Of a DNA stretch of 64,000 nt, positions 1 to 13,108 are shown one piece after another; the stretch's first letter is position 1, and the number at the start of each line of letters is the position of its first letter. The DNA comes from the human T2T-CHM13v2.0 reference genome, Homo sapiens: assembly GCF_009914755.1 (NCBI RefSeq), contig NC_060948.1. The stretch is one strand, 5' to 3'. The notes under the pieces are model-generated. The model saw nothing but the letters and a program-made list of their open reading frames with translations. It searched no databases and had not been told where the DNA came from. A program made the translations under genes and the position numbers.

Positions 1-44
1 TTTCGTGGATCCTCGGAAGGCAAAGGAGAACTTTTTCTTTGACT

Positions 45-462
45 TTTGTCCATTGTCAAACTGCTATAAATAAATACCTGAGACTCAGTAATTTCTAAGA
101 AAAGAATTTTAATTGGCTCATGGTTCTGCAGGCTGTACAGAAAGCATAACAGCTTCTGATTCTCAGGAAGCCTCAGAAAGCTTCCAATCACATGGCAAAA
201 GGTAAAGCGGGAGTGAGCTCTCTTACATGGCTGGAGCAAGAGATAGAGAGAGAGGAGGGAGGTGCTACACACTTTAAAAAAAAACAGATCTCATGAAAAC
301 TCACTTACTACTGCCAAGAAAATACCAACGGGGGTGGTGTTAAATCATTCCTGAAAAACTGCCCCCCATGATCTAATCACCTCACACCAGGCCCCACTCC
401 TAACACTGGAAATTACAACTCAACATGAGATTTGGGCGGGGGCACAGATCCAAACCATATCA
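45..462 (-). mobile_element. MaLR solo LTR (MSTA/MSTB-like)
   Basis: Begins like the reverse complement of the MST LTR (ctgctataaa..tacctgagact..gtaattt) and ends caaaccatatca, which is the reverse complement of the TGATATGGTTTG LTR start. Confidence 0.85.
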
Positions 463-769
463 ACCCCTATGTTAGATTTTACTATACCCTTGAACATTGC
501 TACCCACAGTTATCAGAATAAACATATGATCTTTAGAGTCTGCTTGAGAATCATTCATTGTTTATGTATACTTACTAAAAGCTCCTACGAAAAATTGAGA
601 ATTGACTGTTTTAGTTGTGGGGTAATGAAAAAAAAACTGAAGAAGGAAAATATCAGACTAGCTATTTTATAGTAGATCCCAGTTCATCTTTAGAAGATAA
701 TTTCTTAGCATGGATTAAATCATTCTATATATAAGAATTTATTGCTCTTACTAGAATCCCTTTATATAA

Positions 770-2085
770 AAAATGCCTAGACACAATGGCCAATCCAATA
801 GCAATGAGCATTCTGAATCCCAGGACTGTGACATTTTAATACTATTTCTCATTTACTTAAACCAAACTTCCTGGATAAATGGTTGATTCAAGGTATAGAA
901 TAGAAAATATACAAGATAAATCTGGAGTCCATTGGTATGCCAGAGAGCAATGAAGCTAACAAAGACTATGAATATCATCTCAAAAGGACTCTAGTTCCAA
1001 CTTAAATAGGTTCTTGTAGCCAAACAATATACAGTTCGAGCCTCAATAAAGATAAAAATTGAAACATATTGAGAACATCAAATACATATAAATCCATGAT
1101 TTTATAATGGCATGAAAAACAAGTGTTCACTTTTAAAAAGTGACAGAAGACTAATTATCTAAAAACTGTAAATAATGTTAAATAATCATACATTTAACCT
1201 ACCTTTCCTACATAAACTGTACCACTAGTTAATAAATTATTAGATTAAAAGTATCTCTATATAAAATTATTCTAGATTTAAAAGCAAACCATAATAAAAT
1301 TAAAATATTGCCATTTTGAATGCCCCCCAATGAATCTATGCATTGAAGATCAAAAGCTGCTCACATTTAAAAAAAGGTGAAAAACAGTCATATGCCTCCT
1401 GATGAAAGGACAAGACACCACCAATAGCCTTGTCACAGGGATTGCATCTGACTCTGATCACATTTTCTAATCCAGCTGCCATTTTGCAGAAAATACAGGG
1501 GAACTTACTGAACTGTACTATGATTACCAAGCAGAAAGCCCACACTGTAAAAACATTTACAAGTCAAACATAAGTTTTTAAACAAATAAATTGTAAGAAA
1601 GAAAAGAATGAAGAGAGGAAATCTATGGATAAATGTGATGTAAAACTTATATCATTTTTTAAATGGGGAAGCTTAAAGCTATAGTGTCTAGGGTTGCACA
1701 CGTGGGTAATAAAACCAAAAGACATGCAGGAAAGTGATTACTAAAATGTCAGAATGATGGTTACTTTTGGAAGGAAGAAAAAATTGTGATTGAGATGGGA
1801 CCAATGGAAAGACTTCTAGCATAACGTGAAAAGTTCCTTTTCTTGACCTGGGTGGTGGGTATAATGGTATTCACTTTGTAGTAATTATCTAAGATCATGT
1901 TATCCCTGGGGGAAATAGTGATTAGTAGAAAGCATAAGTAGGAATTCTGGGATGCTGGCCTGTATTCTGCTTCTTGATCTAAATGTGAATTACATGAGTG
2001 TTTTCCATTTCTTATAATTCATTGACCTGTTTACTTACATGCACTTTTCCATATGTAAACTATATTTCATAAAGAAATTAAAAAT
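770..2085 (+). mobile_element. Old L1 3' end fragments (L1MC/L1ME-like)
   Basis: Degenerate L1M 3'UTR motifs such as cttgacctgggtggtgg and tgcacttttccatatgta. Boundaries are approximate. Confidence 0.6.
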
Positions 2086-2397
2086 GTCATGGGCACTCCA
2101 TTAAACACTTCAGAGAGTAATGCTTCTTCCATTAGGCTCTTCTAATGAGAAATATTCTCACATTTTTAATTTCAATATACAATAATTTAAAAATTGGACC
2201 CTGATCATGGAGCAAAAAAAAAACTTATGCAAAATTAATCATAACACTGTCCATGGGGTCCAGAAACACAACAGGGGCAGGATTAATCCTTGGCACTTTC
2301 TTTTTTTTAACAGTAATCTGTTTTTCTTGGAGATAATCCATCCTAATTTTCAGAAATTTTTCAGCTTCACTCAGAAAGTTAATTGGGGCACCTCCGT

Positions 2398-3464
2398 TGA
2401 AATGGTTTGACTCTGTGTCCCCACCCAAATCTCATGTTGAATTGTAATTCCCAATGCTGGGGAAGGGACCTGGTGGTAGGTGACTTGATCATGGAGGTGG
2501 ATTTTTCCATTGCTGTTCTTGTGACAGTGACTGAGTTCTCATGATATTTGATGGTTTAAAGTCTCTGGCACTTGCCCTTTCTTTCTCTCTCTCTCTCTCT
2601 CCTTCTGCCACGTGAAGATGTGTTTGCTACCTCTTCACACTTCTGCCATGACTGTAGGTTTCCTGAGGCTTCCCCAGCCATGCCTTTTGTAAATCCTGTG
2701 GAACTGTGAGTCAATTAAACCTCTTTTATTTATAAATTACCCAATCTCAGACAGTTTTTTATAGCTGTATGAAAATGGACTAATACAGAAAACTGGTACT
2801 GAGAGTGGGTTACTGCCCCTTTGTTTTGGCCAATTTGTCCATTTGGAATAGGAGCATTTACACAATGCCTGTACCCTCATTGTATCTTGGAAGTAACTAA
2901 CTTGATTTTTATTTTACATGCTCATAGGCAGAAGGGACTTGTCTTGTCTCAGATGAGACTTTGGACTTGGACTTTTGAGTTAATGCTGGAATGAGTTAAG
3001 ACTTTGGGTGGACTGTTGGAAAGTCATAACTGTGTTTTGAAATGTGAGAAGGACATGAGATTTGGGAGGATCCAGGGTCACAATAATATGGTTTGGTTCT
3101 GTGTCCCTACCCAAATCTTATGTTGAATTGTATTGACTAATGTTGGGGGAAGAACTTGTGGGGAGGTGATTGGATCATGGGGGCAAATTTCCCCCTTGCT
3201 CTTATTGTGATAGTGAGTGAGTTCCTGTGAGATCTAATTATTTAAAAGTCTGTGGCACTTCCCCCTTCTCTCTCTCTTTTGCTGCCATGTGAAGACCTGC
3301 TTGCTTCCTGTTGGCTCTTTCACCATGATTGTACATTTCCTGAGGCCTCCCCATCCATACCTTCTGTATAACCTGTGGAACTGTGAGTCAATTAAACCTC
3401 TTTTCCTTATAAATTACCCAGTCTCAGATAGTTCTTTATAGTAGTGGGAGAATGGAGTAATATA
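2398..3464 (+). mobile_element. Internally deleted MSTA-like MaLR provirus (two LTRs plus about 300 bp internal)
   Basis: LTR1 2398-2787 (TGAAATGGTTTG..GGACTAATACA), short internal 2788-3083, LTR2 3084-3464. The flanks tccgt/cctgt resemble a decayed 5-bp TSD. Confidence 0.85.
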
Positions 3465-3789
3465 CCTGTCATGTTAAACCATCTCTATATCTCCAGTACA
3501 ATCTGTACCTAATCAGGGTACTGGTTTTATGTGAAGATCAAGTTTGTTTTTTGTTTACCACACATAAACTTGATTTGTGTATATGAGATGTTAGAGATGT
3601 ATTTATTCAAGAGTAATCCACAACCTGTGGTTAATTTATCATTGAGGTATGAGCCCACTATCATAAAAATTAAAGGGGTTTATGAAAAATTACCCAGAAA
3701 ATCACTCACTTTTATACCTACCATTCACACGATGATTTCTATAATGGGCAGATGTTTGTCAATACCTTAGCTTAAGTGGTAAACAATAC

Positions 3790-4100
3790 TTTCACAGCTT
3801 TTAAGTTTCAATGGAGAAGTTTAATTGTTTTTTGTCCAAGTGCTAATAGACAAATAAGTAGCTATAGATTCCCTGTTAGCCAAAATGGTGTTTGATGTTA
3901 CACTCAGACTAATACTACTGCCATGTAAAATGACAAATCTCTAAATTGAAAGAACTGACCACTTGGAAACTTGTTTTCTTGGCTTAGATTTAATTTGAAT
4001 CATGACATTCATTATGCTTGACATAACCCAACCCTTATTTTGCTATTAGTCTTTTTGCAAATTGTCCATGACAAATGTGTACATGAGTCTTATATGCTGC
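3790..4100 (+). mobile_element. ERV env (TM/immunosuppressive-domain-like) remnant
   Basis: Translates QVLIDK*VAIDSLLAK, which resembles the env TM motif (V)LDNRLALDYLLA. Heavily decayed. Confidence 0.45.
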
Positions 4101-5269
4101 TGTTCCATTAATGTCATATCAGATGGTCCAATAACTCATCATTTGACAAAAAGAACATAGAGGTCAGACCCTGGTCCAACTACAAACTGTTGTTTCTGAG
4201 ACAATGATGGAATCTAATGATCACTTGCGTTGTATAGAACTGGAATAAGAACACTTTTGTGGCTGACTTTATGATCTACTCAGGATGGCTGAGGGGATTT
4301 GGGAATAGAAGAGTCATATAGTCATCTGAATTGCCACTGAAACAATAGGATGGCTAGAGAAGATAAAGAGTAGGGAAATCTGAGTGACAAAACAAATATT
4401 GTGAGCCCTGCGTAGAGAATCAATAAATTTATTGGATGTTAAATAGAATTAAAAGACAGTATTTAAATAATTCTTTAAAATTCTGTTTCAAATACATATA
4501 TTTTGTATTCTAATAAGTCAAATTGACACAAGTTGGAAACACCTCCAATAAAAAGTGTAAAAGCAAGATGTACAATGGCACAATATTAGGATCTCAGCTG
4601 TAAACACTGTTCAATAAATTTAGTTAATATCAACTCCTCATAGGGCAAAGAATTTGTATGCCAACTCCCAAAATGGAAAGAATGGCTCCCAGGCAAGACG
4701 TAATGATAACCAGCTGAAAGTTATTAACATATCTAAAGATAAAATATATAGATGTAGGTGTGCTTGCTGCTTGTGTGGATGGTGGTATAGTATGGGGGGA
4801 GAAGAGGGAAAAGCAGAAAATGTAGAATAAAAATAGAGGGGTAGTGAAGCAAACCTTGACATTGCCCACACAAGTACGTATCAGGAGGCAAGAACTCTTA
4901 AATAATAAATTAGCCTTTCATTTTTAGAATGCTTCCAAGTTGAAAGTTCTCAAGCCCCTAAGAATTCTCTTTAGTAAGTATCTAAGTTAATGAGTGTTCA
5001 TTCTAGCTGATTGCAAGTTCTGTCTTCTATGGCCTTCTCTTTCCCTAGTATTTCTGATTATCCCTGGAAAATTCTTACATATTCCACAAATTGATGCTGG
5101 CTTCACTTATCACCTTTCCTACAGACACAAGCTCTGGTCTTCTCTTTTTGATGTTGTTTTCTCTTTTCCAGTGCCACTTCACTCCAGTGTGAACTAACAT
5201 TTCTTTCTTAATGTCCTAAATATTTTCTAACTCTAATCTGTAGAAGCTATCAGATCTCTTCTGTGAAGT

Positions 5270-5515
5270 AATATAGCATTCTGGTTAAATGTGTGGACAC
5301 TGATACTATGTCTTAGGTTCTAATCCATTTGGCCACTTACTAGCAGTAAGATCCTAGGGAAGTTACTAACTTGATGCCTGAATTGTATTTTTTTTTGTAA
5401 AACAAAGATAATACTAGTACTGATATCATAGACCTTCATTAAAGATTAAATGGACTACTTCCAAGTGAGCATTAGGAGCAGTGCTTGGCACATAGTACAT
5501 GCTAGCTAAGTATTA
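5270..5515 (+). mobile_element. MIR SINE
   Basis: Core motifs ccacttactagc..gggaagttact and gtgcttggcacatagta. Confidence 0.75.
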
Positions 5516-5702
5516 TCCATATGGAAGCTTGGGAACAAACTATTGAGAATTGCAATGAAGGGAAAAAATAACAAAAACAAGGTGTAATATTTTACCTAAT
5601 GTTCATTGACTAGTGCCTATCAAGGGAACTTCCTAACTGGTATTTCAGTCTGCCCTCTTCTACAGGATTCTCTGTGAAAAGTATAGTTTATAGCTCACTT
5701 AC

Positions 5703-7119
5703 TGGAACTGCCTTGCCCTTGTCCTCTCTCCAGGGTGCTCACCATCAATCCCCCTACCTGCCTGCAATACATCAGAAAAGAAAGTTCTTTCTCTTCAGCA
5801 ATTAAAAATTGATCACTTTGTAAAGCTGCAACTCAGGACCACACTGGAGAAGATTTTTACATGACTATACTCAGTTAACAAGTTCCTTAAATTCCTCATT
5901 CTAGGAAAGGATTTTGGCTTTTTATCAACATAAATGGAAAGCTGATAAAGTGTTTATCCCAAAGCAGAAAATAAATTTTCCTTAGTCCTACACCACAACA
6001 CCCATCAAGATAAGTAGTGTTAATCATACATTTGAAATAGGCTTCCCCTCTAGAATAGCTGGAGATGCCTTTGAAATACTACGCTTTTAAATATGCATCA
6101 CCTTAAGAAAGGCTTAACCTCTTATATCACATGGGTAACATTTTGGCAACAATTTGGGCAAGATATTTAAGCTTTCTATTTCATCATCTATAAAATGGGG
6201 TTATTACTGCCATCTACTTCAAGGGGTTGCTTCCAGGGTTAAATACATAAAAAGATAAATAAAGCTCTTATTGCATTATCTGGAATATAGCAAACACTCA
6301 ATAAATCTTAAATATTTTTAAATTATGGTAATAGATCCCAGAAAATAGAGACTTTTTAAAAAGAAGTTTTCTGTGCTCCTTGTTCTAACTTTCCTCTGGA
6401 ACCTTAATGAGTTTCTGATGCAGTTCACGTCTACAAATTTGCCAAGAATAGCTGATGAGATTCAAGGTGACTGCAAAAAGTTGCACCTTTTTTACATATT
6501 GTGTTTTTTAAGAGAAGAAAAGAACATGTTAACAAGGGTTTAGCTCTTTTTTAAAAAAGGGCAAGATAAAGTAAGTCATATAAATCACCTGATTTTCTTA
6601 TTTTAAATTATTGAATACATTTTCTATGCCACTTTACTTATCTTCTTTAATGATGCTATTCTGAAAGTTTCCTTCAATATTTTAACATTTTCTGGCTGCT
6701 TTTGTATGATTGTTATGAGTGGTTCTGGAGCTAGAAATGTCCAGTTAGCAACATACTAAAAAAGGTTATTTATGCTTTAGATTGTGACTGTAAAACAGTT
6801 TAACAGTTTACAAAAGTATTGTTATTGATTCTAGATATCATTGGTCTCTTTGAGTATATTCTTAAATCTTCCTTTTATTATTTGTATCGTTAGAGGAAGA
6901 TTAGGCATAATCTACTAAACTGAAGAGGAGAAAAACCGAATTTTTTTTTACTTTTAAAAGATCTTACAGGTATGTTCTGTGATTTGGTATTTTGTATTTG
7001 GTAAATATGTTTCATGGTATTGTTCTTTCCATTTTTATATTAACATTTTTGGATTTCATATTAAATGAATCTTGGCATCAAAATGTTTCAACATATCTCT
7101 CTTTCTGGTGAAGCTCATC
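5703..7119 (-). pseudogene. Cluster of decayed exon-like segments (candidate DEP/cNMP-binding part of a RAPGEF/Epac-like gene)
   Basis: Segments on - with AG acceptors: 7119-6968 (donor GTAAGA), 6919-~6832, 6755-6589 (YVANWTFLAPEPLITIIQKQPENVKILKETFRIASLKKISKVA*), 6470-~6330, 5761-5703 (QVGGLMVSTLERGQGQG, donor GTAAGT). Domain similarity judged by eye only. Confidence 0.4.
6130..6315 (+). mobile_element. MIR SINE
   Basis: ttgggcaag..tttcatcatctataaaatgggg..cactcaataaat. Confidence 0.7.
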
Positions 7120-7177
7120 CTGTTGGTTGATTTATTTGTCTTATGGCTGTACTTTTCTCTGTGATTTTATGCAAGTC

Positions 7178-7645
7178 TTGTTGTCAACCTTAAACAATCA
7201 AAAGGCTCAGGATGTAGTTAAAAGAGTTTATTCAAGTGCAAAGTGTGAGGGAAGCTGTCTGGGAAGCAGAACTTCATCAAGGAAGAATGGTAAGAAGAAT
7301 GGTAATCAGGGCTCCTGACACGAGAAAAATGAGGATTGTTTATATAGGCCAAACAAAGCTGCTGAACAGAATTACATTTTTCATACAAAGGCTAAAATAC
7401 AGACATAAGACCTAATTAGCTACTATTGATTACACAAGAATGGAGTGGTTTGAAATTCTTTTATAAAGAGGTAACAGTCACAAGGGTCTCTATCTCTAAC
7501 ATCATTTAATCTAGGTTTGAATAAATAATAGGAAGTCTGGATAATGTATAACATCTCAACACAAAGGTCAGAAAACAATGGTTATGCACCAGAGAAGAAA
7601 AACAGTTGTAATAGGCGAGTCGGCTTTTATGCCTTAACTTTTATG
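7178..7645 (-). mobile_element. ERV1-class solo LTR (MER4-group-like; subfamily uncertain)
   Basis: Starts tgttgtcaacct..agagtttattcaagtgcaaag, the typical reversed 3' end of MER4-group LTRs, with a polyA-signal-like tttatt. Confidence 0.55.
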
Positions 7646-10600
7646 GCAAAACCTCTCTAAGCGTTTTGAATCTCAAACATTGCTTATTCGGGTTTGCATA
7701 TCTGTCATTAATTTGGTGATGTTATGTAATTCATCTGGGATATAAACACAGGATTGTTTTTTGTATATATTTTTCCCTTTTACAAATTTTTATCTTTTAT
7801 TTTAGAATCAGGAGGCACATGTGCAGCTTTATTACAAGGCATACTGTGTTATGTTGAGTTTGGGAGTATGAATGAATCTGTCCTGCCAGTAGAGAGCATA
7901 GTATCCAACAGGTAGTTTTAAAACCTTGCGTCCTTCCCTCCCTTCTCCTTCTTGTATTGCACAGTGTCATATTGATCTCATCTTTATGCGCATGTATAGC
8001 CAGTGTTCAGGTCCCACTTATAACTGAGAACACGTGGTATTTACTATTCTGTTCTGCAAACTTAGCTTAGGATAATGGCTTTCAACTGCATCCATCTTGC
8101 TGCAAAGAACATGATTTCTTTTGTTTTTCATGGCTGTGCAGAATACCATGGTGTATATGTACCACACTTTCTTTATCCAGTTCACTGTTGATGGGCACTG
8201 GGGTTGATTGCATGTCTTTGTTATTGTGAGTAGTGTTTTGATGAGCATATAAGTGCCTGTGTCTTTTTGATAAAATAATTTATTTGGGGGAAGTATGTAC
8301 TGAGTAACAGGATTGGATTGCTGGGTCAATTGGTAGCACAACTTTTAGTTCTTTGAGAAATCTTCAAACTGCTCTCCATACTGGCTGAATTAATTTTTAT
8401 TCCAACGAACAGTATATAAGTGTTGTCTTTTCTCCAGAACCTCATCAACATATGTTAGTTTTTTACTTAAAACAAACAAACAAACAAAACTTCCAACTGG
8501 TGTGAGTTGATACTTCATTGTCATTTTGATTTTTATGTCTCTGATGATTAGTGACAATGGGAATTTTTCCATGTTTGTTGGCTGCTTATATGTCTTCTTT
8601 TGAGAAGTGTTTTTTCCTGTCCTTTGCCCACTTTCTAGTGGGTCATTTGCTTTTTGCTTCTTGGATTAAGTTTCTAATAGATTTGGGATATTAGACCTTT
8701 TTGAGATGGATACTTTTTGAATATTTTCTCCCATTTTGTAGGTTGTCTATTTATGACCTTGATAGTTTCTTTTGCTCTTCAGAATCTCTTTAGTTTAATT
8801 AGGTCACACATTCAATTTTGTTTTTGTGCAATTGTTTTTGAGGGCATAGCCATAAATTCTTTGCCAAAGTTGATATTGAGAATGGTATTATTTAGAGTTT
8901 CTTGTAGAATTTTTATACTTTGAGATCTTACATGTCAATCTTTACTCCATCTTGATTTAATTTTTATATATGGTGAAAGGTAGTGGCCCAGTTTCATTCT
9001 TCTGCATATGGATAGCCAGTTATTCCCACACTATTTACTGAATAGAGAGTTTTTTTCACCATTGTTTATTTGTTTAGACTTTGTCATGGAGCAGATGGCT
9101 GTAGGTGTTTAGTTTTATTTTCAAGTTGTCTATTCTGTTCCATTGGTCTATGTGTCTGTTTTTGTATTGGTAGCATGCTGTTTTGGTTATTATAGCCTTG
9201 TAGTATAATTTGAAGTTGGGTAATGTGAGGCCTCTAGCTTTGTCCTTTTTGTTTGGATTTCTTTGGTTATTTGTGCTCTTTTGGTTTTATATAAGTTTTA
9301 GAAATTTTTTTTTGGCTAATTCTGTGTAAAATAACTTTGGTAATTTGGTAGGAATAGTGCTGAATCTGTAAATTGCTTTGGGGTGTGTGGCCATTTTAAT
9401 GATATTGATTCTTCTAATCCATCAACATGAAAAGTTTTTCAGTTTGTGTCGCCTCTGACTTCTTTCAGCAGTTTTTGCAGTTTTTGTTGAGATATTTCAC
9501 CTCTTTGGCTAGTCATATTACTAGGTATTTTATTCTTTTGTAGCTATTGTAAATGGGATTGCATTCTTGATTTTACTCTCAGCTTGACCTTAGAACATTT
9601 CTAAGTATATAGAAATGTTCCTGATTTGAGTACATTAATTGTACATACTGAAACTTTTCTGAAGTTGTTTATTAGTTCTAGTAGCCTTTTGGTAGAGTTT
9701 TTAGGTATTTTTTCAGGTATAGAATTACATAGTGGAGAAAGACAATTTGACTTATTTTTTTCTCTTGTCTAATTGCTATGAAAAGGATTTTCAGTACTAT
9801 GTTAAATAGGGTAGTGAAAGTGGGCATCTTTCTCTTGATCCAGTTCTCAAAAGGAATAGTTCCAGCTGTTGCCTATTCAGTATGATGCTGTCTGTGGCTT
9901 TGTCATAGATGGCTTTCTTATTTTGATGTATGTTTCTTCAATGTCTAGTTTACTGAGGATTTTTATCATGAAGGAATGTTGGATTTCATTGAAAGCATTT
10001 TCTCTCTATTAAAATGATCGTAAGGTTTTTAATTCTGTTATGTAGTGAATGATATTGAATGATATGTGTATGTTTAACCAACTTGCATCCAAGGAATAAA
10101 GCCTGCTTCATTATAGTGAATTAATTTTTGACTTGCTACTGGAATTGGTGTGCTTGTACTTTGTTGAGAATTTTTGCTTTTGTGTTCATTAGGGATTTTG
10201 GCCTGAAATGTTCTCTTTTTTTCATTGCATCTCTACCTGATTTTGGTATTAGGATGACTCTGGATTCATGGAATGAGTTAGGAAGGATTCTTCCCTACTC
10301 AATTTATTGGAATAGTTTCAGTAGGATTGGTACCACTTCTTCTATATCTAATAGAATTTAGCTGTCAATCCATCTGGTCCAGAAATTTTTATTGGTAAGT
10401 TTTTATTACTGATTTAATTTCAGAACTCATTATTGGTCTGTTCAGGGTTTCAATTTTTTCCTAGTTCAATCTGGGGAGGTGAATCTAGCAATTTATTCAT
10501 TCCCTCTAGATTTCCTAGTTTGTGAGCATAGATGTATTTATAATAGTCTCCAAGGATCTTTTATATTTCTGTGAAATTGGTTGTAATGTCACCTTGTAAT

Positions 10601-10865
10601 TTCTGACTATGTTTATTTGGATCTCCCCTCCTTTTTTTCTTTGTTAATCTAGCAGTCTATCCATTCTGTTTATTCTTTCAAAAATTTATTTTTGGTTTTG
10701 TTAATCTTTTGTATGGAATTTTGGCTTTCAACTTTGCTCAGTTTGCTCTGATTTTGGTTATTTATTTTCTTCTACTAGTTTTGGGGTTAGTTTGTTCTTG
10801 TTGTTCTAGTTCCTGTAGGTTCAAGTTTAGATTGTTAATTTAACTAACTTCTTGATGTAGGCTTT

Positions 10866-11005
10866 AAAAAATATATATTTCCATAGGCTTTTGGGGAACA
10901 GGTGGTATTTGGTTACATGAGTACGTTCTTTAGTGGTGATTTGTGAGATTTTGGTGCACCCATCACCCAAGCAGTATACACTGAACCCAAGTTATAGTCT
11001 TTTAT
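10866..11005 (-). mobile_element. Short L1PB-type 3' end nested in the L1
   Basis: ttttggggaacaggtggtatttggttacatgagt..ggtgatttgtgagattttggtgcacccatcacc is the L1PB 3' terminus motif. Confidence 0.75.
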
Positions 11006-11708
11006 TGCTATAAACTTCTTAACACTGCTTTAGCTGTATCTCTAACAATTTGGTATGTTGTGTTTACTTTTAACAATTTCAAAGAATTTTTTGATTTATG
11101 CCTTATTTCATTGTTTACCAAAAGTCATTCAGGAGGAAGTTGTCTATTTGCATATAATTTTTTTGGTATTAAGAGATCTTTTTGATATTGATTTCTATTT
11201 TTATTGCCCTGTAGTCCAAGAGTGTGGCTGGTATGATTTTGATATATATATATATATATATTTTAATTTTGTGATACTTGCTTTATGGGTGAGCATGTAG
11301 TCAATCTTAGAGTATGTTCTGTGTGCATATGAGAAGAATGTATTTTCTGGAATTGTTGGATGGAGTATTCTCTAGATGTCTTTTAGCTGTCCAATTGGTC
11401 AAGTGTCAAGTTTAAGTCCAGAATGTCCTTGTTAACTTTCTGCCCTTGAAGAACTAACACTGTCAGTGGGGTGTTGAAGTCCCTCGCTATTATTGTGTGA
11501 CTGTGTAAGACTTTTTGTAGGTTGAGGAAAACTTGTTTTATGAATCTGAGTGTTCCTATGTTGGGTGCATATAAATTTAGGATAAATTTTCTTGTTGAAT
11601 TGAGCCATTTATTATTATGTAATGCCCTTCTTTGTCCATTTTGACTGTTGTTCATTTAATGTCTGTTTTATCTGTTTTATCTGTTGTAAGAATAGCGACC
11701 TTTGCTCT

Positions 11709-11746
<38 letters not shown>

Positions 11747-11978
11747 GCATGATAGCTTTTTCTCCATCCCCTTACTTTTAGCTTGTGGTTATCAGTATAT
11801 GTGACATGGCTTTCTTGAAGACAGTAGAAGGTTGGGGCTTGTATTTTTTTTTAAAATCCAATTTGCCACTCTCTCTTTTTAGTAGAGTATTTAGACCCTT
11901 TACATTCAACCTTAATAAAGATATTTGAGGTTTTGATCCTGGTCATTGTGTTGTTAGCTGGTTATTTTATAGACTTCA

Positions 11979-12278
<300 letters not shown>

Positions 12279-13108
12279 TTAGTGTATGTGGGCAATGTAC
12301 TTAGGTACATTAAATGCTGTTTTTGTGGTAACAGTAATTGTTCTTTAATTTCCATGTTTAACACTTTCATAACATCCTCTTGTAAGGCCAACCTAGTGGT
12401 AATAAATTCCCTTAGCTGTTGCTTTTCTGAAAAAAAAAATTCTCCTTCACTTAAGAAGCTTAGTTTGGGATAATATGAAATTCTTGGTTGGAATTTATTT
12501 TCTTTATTGATCCTAAAATATGCCTTCAATTTCTTCTGGCTTGTGACTTTTCCATTAGAAAGTCTGCTGTTAGCCTGATGGGGTTCCTTTTTTATGTCAC
12601 CTGACACCTGTCTGTAGCTTCCTTTAAGATTTTTTTCTTTAATGTTGATCTCAGATGATCTCATGAGTATGTGTCTTTGGAATGGTCATCTTCCATAGTA
12701 TATTGCAGATTTTTTTTTTTCTTGAATTTGCATGTCAATTTCTCTAACAAGGTAGGGAAGATTTTCATTAACTATATCATCAAATATGTTCTCTAAGTTT
12801 CTTATTCTCTCAGGAATGCCAGTGTGTTGCAGGTTTGGTCTCCTTATATAATTCCATATTTCTCAGACATTTTGGCCACTTTTAAAAATTCTTTTAAAAA
12901 AATGTCTACTTGAGTTGATTCAAGACTGGTCTTCAAACTGAAATTTTTTATGAGCTTGCTGTATTCTTTTGTTAATACTTTCAATTATATTGTACAATTA
13001 TTGTAGTAATTTTTTTCAGTTCTGTAAGTTGAGTTTGGTTCTTTTGTAAAATTGCTATGTCACGTTTCTTCTCTTGGATCATTTTACTGGTTTCCTTGAA
13101 TTGGGTTT

